Positions 57,519 to 64,000 of a stretch of DNA of 64,000 nucleotides are shown one piece after another (positions within the stretch are counted from its first letter, which is position 1; each line of letters begins with the position of its first letter). The notes below the pieces were generated by a model that saw only the letters and a program-made list of their open reading frames with translations, did not search any database and was not told the origin of the DNA. The DNA is taken from assembly GCA_000091205.1 (NCBI GenBank), contig AP006501.2; one strand, given 5' to 3'. The stretch is from Cyanidioschyzon merolae. Lineage: Eukaryota. The position numbers and the translations under genes are program-made.

Positions 57519-58736
57519 ATGCAGAGCGAAGGCACTGTTTACCGGCACCGAGCGCGTTGCACGCTGTTTGTCGGGGTCGCTGCTCCGTTCGGACTATGCA
57601 CCACGAAGAGGCACCTAGGGCTCCTTTCGGCACAACGGCCGAGTCAACGGTATCTGCGTTCAGGCCTGGGTCCTGTGGACAGCTCCATGGGGTCTCGCAG
57701 CAGCGCTCGAGTGTCGGCGGCGCTGGTACACGACACTCGCTGGGGAGTCGGTACGAGCGCTGCGCAGCCGAGGGTATCAGAAACGATCTTGTCACGAGGA
57801 CTGGCGACGATTTTTTCGCTTCTGCTCTGGCAAGACTTGCAGGATACGGCAGCGTATGCGGCAGAGCATACCAGGACGCAAGCACGAGCTCAGTGGGTGA
57901 ACCACCACACCGAGGAAGCGACGCGCTGGGGATCGTTACCCCTGCTTGCGGACTCAACACAGCCCCAGGGTCAAGACGGGAACCTGTCAACCAAACTTCT
58001 CCCTGATGTTGTGGATACCGACGGTCAACCGCGTGTCATTCTTGATCTGGCTCGAGCTCTGAGCTCCTTCGAATATGAGCAGCTGCGCACTCGAATCCAC
58101 CACATCGAGGCTACCACTGGATACCGGGTTCGTATTCTGACACAACGCTTTGAAACGGTTGGGCGAGCGATCAGCAGCTATTTCGGGTTACAGGATCAAC
58201 GGAGTATACTCATTGTGCTCGATGAGCGGAGCGGCAATGTGCTCAATTTTCGCGTTGGTGATCAAGTTACAGCGCGTTTTCCGTCCTCGTTCTGGCTGGA
58301 GTTACAGGGACGGTACGGCAATCAGTTTTACGTACGAGAGCACGGCGAGTACGGTGTGCTGGATGCCTGCATTCGGGCGATGGAGACTTGTCTCCAAGAT
58401 GGGCGTATCTGCCGCTTTGTACCTGGATTCGGACGCGATCAGTGGGCACTAAGTTTTCTCATGTCACTTCTCGGAGGGGCGGTGATCGGGTTTACGGCAC
58501 GCACCCCACAGGACGGGAAAGAGGCGAGTACGCCGAACTGGCGCTGGGTTCTGGTGTTCTCCCCGCTCTGGGCGATATTTCTAGTCTCGTTCGGCACACT
58601 ACCGATTGTGGCACGAGAGGGCTGGTGGAATCGCGACCTCATCGCGAACTGGGCTGGAGCTGTTCTCGTGGCAACCGCGTTTTGGTACGCCATTCCGCGT
58701 GTGTTTCCGAATGGCCCCGGGGATCGTGCTCGCTGA
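57519..58736 (+). CDS. TPM-domain protein (TLP18.3 / Psb32 / MOLO-1 founding family) with C-terminal membrane segments, ~405 aa
   Basis: The listed ORF starts at TTG 57489 and the first ATG is at 57519; a later candidate is ATG 57687. A TPM-like core is present (TTGYRVRILTQRFETVGRAISSYFGLQDQRSILIVLDERSGNVLNFRVGDQV...). The N-terminal extension resembles a transit peptide and the C-terminus has hydrophobic helices. Confidence 0.5.
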   Translation: MQSEGTVYRHRARCTLFVGVAAPFGLCTTKRHLGLLSAQRPSQRYLRSGLGPVDSSMGSRSSARVSAALVHDTRWGVGTSAAQPRVSETILSRGLATIFSLLLWQDLQDTAAYAAEHTRTQARAQWVNHHTEEATRWGSLPLLADSTQPQGQDGNLSTKLLPDVVDTDGQPRVILDLARALSSFEYEQLRTRIHHIEATTGYRVRILTQRFETVGRAISSYFGLQDQRSILIVLDERSGNVLNFRVGDQVTARFPSSFWLELQGRYGNQFYVREHGEYGVLDACIRAMETCLQDGRICRFVPGFGRDQWALSFLMSLLGGAVIGFTARTPQDGKEASTPNWRWVLVFSPLWAIFLVSFGTLPIVAREGWWNRDLIANWAGAVLVATAFWYAIPRVFPNGPGDRAR

Positions 58737-59904
58737 CCTCCTTCGTACCGTGAACGTCTCGCTCGAGTGCGATCACCTGCAAGGTGTATCAGCGGGGTTC
58801 GGGGGGCGTTCTCGATATGCAGTGGTGAAATCGCATACGGCATGGTAGGTCATGCATCGCAGTCTGTATAGGATGGTGTCGAGTGGACGCTGAATTGCTG
58901 CGGTTGGCGTTCACTGTTCTCCAGGTGCTCCAGAAGGTGCACGCCAACACAGCGTTGGGTATTGCGCTGGTGCGTATGCTGCCGGTAAGCGTGCGCTCGT
59001 CGAAAAAGCGGGACTTGTGAAAGGCATCCACGTGGAAAGCGTTCATGTGCATATACGAAAGATGCCGTGAAACAGAATACGTTTGCGCTTCCATGCTATA
59101 TAACGGGTCCATGAGCACAGCGGCATCATCATCATCTGTACAGAGCATGCCGGAGTGTCCGCAGCAGGAGACGTGACACGCTTTCTGGTCCTTGCACGGG
59201 AGCAAGCGCTTGCCATGGAATCATCGTATCTACAGGAGTGCGCTCGAATACGAGTAGCTGTGCGTATGGCTGGCAGCGTACGCCGTTGTACGACCCTCGA
59301 AACACAAATGAAAGCGTCTCCTTCACATACATTTGCACACGATTCTGATTTGAACGTATTTGGCGCACGAGTTTCAGACAGGCTCGGTGACCCTGCGTCT
59401 TGAGCGCGTGTCAACGCTATCGTCTTTCAGGGCGAACGACTGGCATGACGCCAGTAGCGGAGTCGGGTTCAGCGGTCGTCATGGCGCACAGATTCATCCG
59501 GCGGTGCATGAACGCCAGGTACGCACCAGGAAGAGATAGAGCGGATCATTCGTGCAATGGAGCTGAGGCTAGCACCATTTGATGCAGCCAGTGGTTTGCG
59601 AAATGCGATTCTACGCATGCACCGAATGGTATCGGTCGAGGTCTGTTTCAACCGCACGGCATAGAGCAGGTCCAACGATAGTGTCGAGCGCGCGGAGCCT
59701 GCAACGCGATGTCCGGCACCGAGAGGCATGACACAGAGCGTGCCAGGCGCGGTATAAAAACGCAACTGCTGACTTGAGTCTGCTGTTTGGCCTTGCAACA
59801 GATCCATTCGGTGCTCGGTCGCAATCATTCATTTGGCAAGGTTTCCTCTGACCCCAGTCATCGTGACCTTTGCATCGCGCGTGAGTGCTGCGGTCTCTTA
59901 GCGC

Positions 59905-60660
59905 TCAGAAAAACAGACGCTTGGGAACAGTCATCGGCAAATAGATACGCGGCGGCCTGTATCGCATATCTGCATACGCAATAGGTCTTGGATGCATTGT
60001 CACCGTTGTAGGGTTTTCGTCACCGAAACTGAAACGAGTGCTAAGCGCGTCCCACTCTTCGCGAAAGCTCCCTGCGAGCGACGCCAGCGATATACCCCGA
60101 GCGGTTGGCTCGACATCGCACCAGGGAGCGGGCAACAGGTCACCCGGGGAACGGGGCACCTGGCAGTTCGGGACACCTCGACTGAGAGCAAGCGTCCGAC
60201 TCAGCGCCTTGTAAAACTCGTCCAGCCCAGCACACATCTGCGCCTCAATGTCCAACCGGGCTGCGTGCGGGTAAAAGGCACTCTCAACAAACGGTAGAAC
60301 TTGACACTCCAGGTGGTTGTGCGAGCTCCAGAACCAGTCCGCGAGCACCCGTAACTCGCCTAGCGCCGACAAGGGCACCTCAAACGCTCGTAAAGTCACG
60401 CTTGGTTGTGGTGTCCATACGAATACCAACCGTTGTAGTGTCAGGAAGCATTCACCGACGCCAAAGAGTTCGAGACTACAACACAGCTCTTGGGTACTCG
60501 AGTTGGCGGCAGGCTGGGCACGCAGCCGAAAGCTCACAGTCGTCTCTCGATAAACAAGCAGGTCAGGGTTACCGAGCTCTCTCGAGGCACCACGTCCGTC
60601 AGCGTTGTGTGCTGGTGTCACCTGCCCGGTTGCTAGCGGAAGCAACGGGTTCAAGGCCAT
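59905..60660 (-). CDS. hypothetical protein (251 aa)
   Basis: ATG verified at 60658-60660. The composition looks globular and no family is recognised. It is divergent from the large RRM-protein ORF that opens 36 nt away. Confidence 0.3.
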   Translation of the reverse strand: MALNPLLPLATGQVTPAHNADGRGASRELGNPDLLVYRETTVSFRLRAQPAANSSTQELCCSLELFGVGECFLTLQRLVFVWTPQPSVTLRAFEVPLSALGELRVLADWFWSSHNHLECQVLPFVESAFYPHAARLDIEAQMCAGLDEFYKALSRTLALSRGVPNCQVPRSPGDLLPAPWCDVEPTARGISLASLAGSFREEWDALSTRFSFGDENPTTVTMHPRPIAYADMRYRPPRIYLPMTVPKRLFF

Positions 60661-60800
60661 ACCCGAGAAGGTCCATAACCCGGGGAGGCGTGTAGCTTGC
60701 CCCGCGAGTCTCGCTACAGAGACGCCGTTCCGGATGTGCGACGCCGCCTCCTTGGTGCAAAGGGTCCCGTTTAGGAAAGTTTCGCAGCGAAGGGTACCCT

Positions 60801-63800
60801 ATGCCGAGAACAGGCTCGGACAGGACAAAATTGAGTGACACTTTATCAGGGACACCTCAAGCAGAGAGAACTGTGCGGCGCTCCTGTCGTCTGGCCCAGA
60901 AAACTGGTCTCGAGCCGGTGGTACCACCAACGACAAGTGACAGGGTGCGAAGCGCACGAACGGAGTCGTCGAGTGATCCTAGCTCGGAGCCTGATAAAGA
61001 GCCAAGCTCTTTGAAAGTCTGTCAAAGGCAACGCGCTGGTAACAGAGGTACTGTGTCGCAGAAAGATGGTGCTTCGGAGACGGAGCAGGCGCCTGTCGCA
61101 CCAGTAGAGACGCCGGTGCGCCTACCAGTCGTCCGCCGACGATCCCGGCGAGTGCAAGCCGCAAAAGATGTTCCAGTTAGTGAACCAGAAACCGCAACAT
61201 CGAAGGAGCACCAGACGGCACGAGACAGTGCGGCTCCAGGCATGCACCATAGCGCGAATAACGCAAACATACCCTCAGCGCAAGCAGGTTCAGCCTCCGT
61301 AGCTTTTGCACAGACCACGCGCAAGGTATTCCCGACTGAGGAGCCTGCTTCAGATTCCAGACACCCAGCATCAGCATCAGCAGAATCAGCATCAGCATCA
61401 GCAGAATCAGCATCAGCAGAAGAGCGTACACCTGCAATTTCGGCGAATGCGTCTGTGCTGGGGACTGGAGCGCCTACCTCCCCATCAAATGGGGTGCTTG
61501 CCCCTGACTACAGACGTTCAGCATCCACACGAGACCGCCGGTTGTCGGAGCAAGTCGACAGCGCACGCCCCAGGGCGGAATGGCTTCGCGAGGCGCCGCC
61601 ATTATCAGATGCTTGCCCTTCGTTACAGCAGCCTACAGCGCAATGGAATCGATCCCAGCGGAAACGTGACCCATGCTCCGATTCACTGGGAACATCCGGC
61701 TCGCCTTCGAGACGCCGTCGCGTGATCAACACAGCGAGAGCGTCAGAACGGGTTACCTCTTCGACATCAGTGCCACCTACACCGACATTGTCACCGGCTA
61801 GTACTCAGGCGCTGGCCGCTAGTGCGGCATCCACGGCAGATACAGGATACACTGCAGCAGGCAAGCTCGATGAGCGCTGCGCTCTGTCAGCGAGTACCGA
61901 TGATGGCGGCGACGTACCTGCACACCGTCCATGTTCATCGACAGCGCCTGCCTATCGGGATGCATCAGAGCGGCCAGCGGAAAAGCGCTGCTCCACCGAC
62001 GTCCGCGAATATCGCTCCGGGCATGCAGCGTCGACCTGGAATGCAGCACATGGACGTGCCGCTGGCTTGGTGCCGCATTCATCCCAGAATTCGGCTACGC
62101 AGTCAGCAGCAGCAGCAGCAGCAGCACAGGTATCGCACCCAGTTGCTCCAAAGATGCGCAATCAAGGATCTAGGTGTCTGTCCGAGCACGCTCAAAGTGA
62201 GTCTTCTCCCGATCTGCGTGAGATGGTATTGAAGCAGCGCATCCGAAGAGCGCTCGCGAGTGTACGAGAACCTTTGCCAACGACAGCAGGGGACACAGGT
62301 GCGGAACCAGCGCTCAGCGATGCTTCATGTGCGCGCTTTCCCGTCCAGCAGTCTACGACAGTTTATGCGGATGCTCGTTCACAGATGTCGTGTGCCTCAG
62401 GTCTGGACAGGCCCCATGGGCGCTCGTCGAATCAGCAGCACCAGCACGAGCACCATCAACAGCAACTGCGGATTCGCCAAAGTTCGCCACAGAGCCAGGT
62501 TGCGCGTGATGCTCACAGGTGTGCTGGCGCTGGCCCGCTCGAGCACCAGTTCCGTAGCCGTAATTGCACCCCAGATGACAGGCACTCGAGTCACCGTGAA
62601 TCTCCGCAGCGAAAGCGAATGCCAAATGAGCGGTCTGCAATGATCGCTCAAGCACCTGTTCGTGCAGTCTTTCCAGCGCAAGGCACGGCACTGGTAGACC
62701 CGCATGCATCGAAACCGCTCCTCATGGCATCGAAACATGAATGGGCGTTGATGGCAAGTGCGAAGAAAGCGAGCCCATCCCCGATGCCGCTTCGAGCTCA
62801 CGTGCCTGCCGCAACTGAACCACGTGAGCACTACAGACCGCCGGATATCGGGCGCGTTGCCGATGAAGCCGCCAAACTGGTCAAGGCTGCTGCTGCTGCT
62901 GGTGCTGGTGTTGCTGGTGGTGGTGGTGCTTCCACTGAGGCGGAGCCCCCGGCCCGGATGGCCACGAGAGCCGCCCTCGGTGTTGCAGCGCATTCTTCGG
63001 ACGCTGAAGCAGAGCTGCTCTGCATGCTGTGGCTGCATGGTCCGGATGTGTCGAGTCAGCCAGCTCGACGGCTAATCCTGCGGAACCTGCCTCCTTCAAC
63101 AAATGAGCACGACCTGTATAGCTATCTGGTGCACGTCATGGCGGCTACATGTTGTTTCGCCTACGATTATATCGGATGGCATCAACGGTTTGCGCATTGG
63201 CATGCAAAGCAACGTCGAGCTGCTGGTATGCTCGCTGCAGCAGGCCGATACAGACAGCAGAGCGAACGGCTTCCGGAGCGGAACGACGCTCGGGGTCCCG
63301 GTGTCAATGAATCCTCAAGAGGCCAAGCTCAGAGCAGTCTTCTGCGGGAGCTTCGTTTAACGCCCGTCTGGGAACTGCAGGTGCTTTGGAAAAGTCGCAC
63401 CGCCTTTGTCGAGTGTCTCACTGTCCAGGAAACGACTGGCCTGGTGCAGTTGAGCGGTTTGCTCTTCCAGGGATACCAAATAGTGATCTCGCGACCGCGT
63501 GAATTCGACGCGGAACTCTGGTTGAGCTCGAATCCACTTCCAGCGGAAGCAGCTGAGGCTCTGCGACTGCCTCCAGCTCGTTTTCACCGAGCCGCTGTGG
63601 CGGAGAGTCAAATGAGCCCCAACGTTTGGCCTGCATCCGATTCACGGACACCAGCAGGAGCGTTTTACGGCCATATCCGCGGCATTCCTCTTCATCTCAC
63701 CGAATATACGATGATTCAGTGGTTACGCACAGCGCTGGTCGGTTGGCCGTGGCAGCTCAGTGCGTTTCATTTGGCCAGAGAGGGGCGCTCAGGCCTGAGT

Positions 63801-64000
63801 CGGGGCTTTGCGCACTTCCGCCTGGATCGATGCAGAGCCGCAGACTGCACCTCGTTGGACCAGGGCGTCACAAATGCGACGCAAGCAGCTTCTGAGATGC
63901 GCACCGTTGCGTCAGAGCGTCTCGCAACAGTGGATCCCGAAGTGGAACGCCTTGTCGAGCATCTGCGTTCGCATCTGCTACCAGGGCTCTCACGTCCGCT
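60801..64000 (+). CDS. large RNA-binding protein with low-complexity N-terminal ~700 aa and RBM5/RBM10/SUA-like RRM(s); 3' partial (continues beyond window)
   Basis: This ORF is not in the supplied track. In the frame whose codons begin at positions divisible by 3, I checked every taa/tag/tga from 60696 (after TAG 60693-60695) to 64000 and none is in frame. That makes at least 1101 codons. The first ATG is at 60801 and another is at 61242. C-terminal RRM signatures are ARRLILRNLPPSTNEHDLYSYL...KSRTAFVECLTVQE...LLFQGYQIVISRP and GHIRGIPLHLTEYTMIQWL...LAREGRSGLSRGFAHFRLDRCRAADCTS. The second compares well with RBM5 RRM1 (IMLRGLP...TE.DI...SGQSRGFAFVEF). Confidence 0.6.
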   Translation, partial: MPRTGSDRTKLSDTLSGTPQAERTVRRSCRLAQKTGLEPVVPPTTSDRVRSARTESSSDPSSEPDKEPSSLKVCQRQRAGNRGTVSQKDGASETEQAPVAPVETPVRLPVVRRRSRRVQAAKDVPVSEPETATSKEHQTARDSAAPGMHHSANNANIPSAQAGSASVAFAQTTRKVFPTEEPASDSRHPASASAESASASAESASAEERTPAISANASVLGTGAPTSPSNGVLAPDYRRSASTRDRRLSEQVDSARPRAEWLREAPPLSDACPSLQQPTAQWNRSQRKRDPCSDSLGTSGSPSRRRRVINTARASERVTSSTSVPPTPTLSPASTQALAASAASTADTGYTAAGKLDERCALSASTDDGGDVPAHRPCSSTAPAYRDASERPAEKRCSTDVREYRSGHAASTWNAAHGRAAGLVPHSSQNSATQSAAAAAAAQVSHPVAPKMRNQGSRCLSEHAQSESSPDLREMVLKQRIRRALASVREPLPTTAGDTGAEPALSDASCARFPVQQSTTVYADARSQMSCASGLDRPHGRSSNQQHQHEHHQQQLRIRQSSPQSQVARDAHRCAGAGPLEHQFRSRNCTPDDRHSSHRESPQRKRMPNERSAMIAQAPVRAVFPAQGTALVDPHASKPLLMASKHEWALMASAKKASPSPMPLRAHVPAATEPREHYRPPDIGRVADEAAKLVKAAAAAGAGVAGGGGASTEAEPPARMATRAALGVAAHSSDAEAELLCMLWLHGPDVSSQPARRLILRNLPPSTNEHDLYSYLVHVMAATCCFAYDYIGWHQRFAHWHAKQRRAAGMLAAAGRYRQQSERLPERNDARGPGVNESSRGQAQSSLLRELRLTPVWELQVLWKSRTAFVECLTVQETTGLVQLSGLLFQGYQIVISRPREFDAELWLSSNPLPAEAAEALRLPPARFHRAAVAESQMSPNVWPASDSRTPAGAFYGHIRGIPLHLTEYTMIQWLRTALVGWPWQLSAFHLAREGRSGLSRGFAHFRLDRCRAADCTSLDQGVTNATQAASEMRTVASERLATVDPEVERLVEHLRSHLLPGLSRP

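Overview
The window is GC-rich nuclear DNA from a eukaryote with about 60% GC, a GC-biased third codon position and frequent CAG/GCT microsatellites. Genes are packed at roughly one per 3 kb and are almost entirely intron-free. Long uninterrupted ORFs encode recognisable eukaryotic housekeeping proteins: condensin CAP-G, CstF-77, eEF2, the PP2A B55 subunit, a Has1/DDX18-type DEAD-box helicase, COX17, TRAP-beta and an actin-like protein. Several genes point to a photosynthetic host: a homogentisate prenyltransferase, plant-type hydroxypyruvate reductase and serine-glyoxylate aminotransferase (both photorespiratory), ArgJ with an organellar presequence, a TLP18.3/Psb32-like TPM protein, and a DUF2358-like protein. 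The genome is intron-poor and compact, which fits a unicellular alga (for example a Cyanidioschyzon-like red alga), but the lineage cannot be proven from sequence alone. The ORF track uses alternative start codons and omits ORFs that run off the window edge. I therefore re-derived ATG starts by hand. I also found one very long unlisted ORF, open from 60696 to the window end, that encodes an RRM-type RNA-binding protein. Non-genic structure includes two families of ~500-bp dispersed repeats, with 2 and 3 copies, all lying upstream of gene starts. There is a 62-bp x5 minisatellite in the promoter region of a tetraspanin-like gene. Trinucleotide microsatellites sit in two bidirectional promoters. 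A low-GC island lies at 9.3-11.7 kb. Two same-strand genes are separated by only 4 nt.
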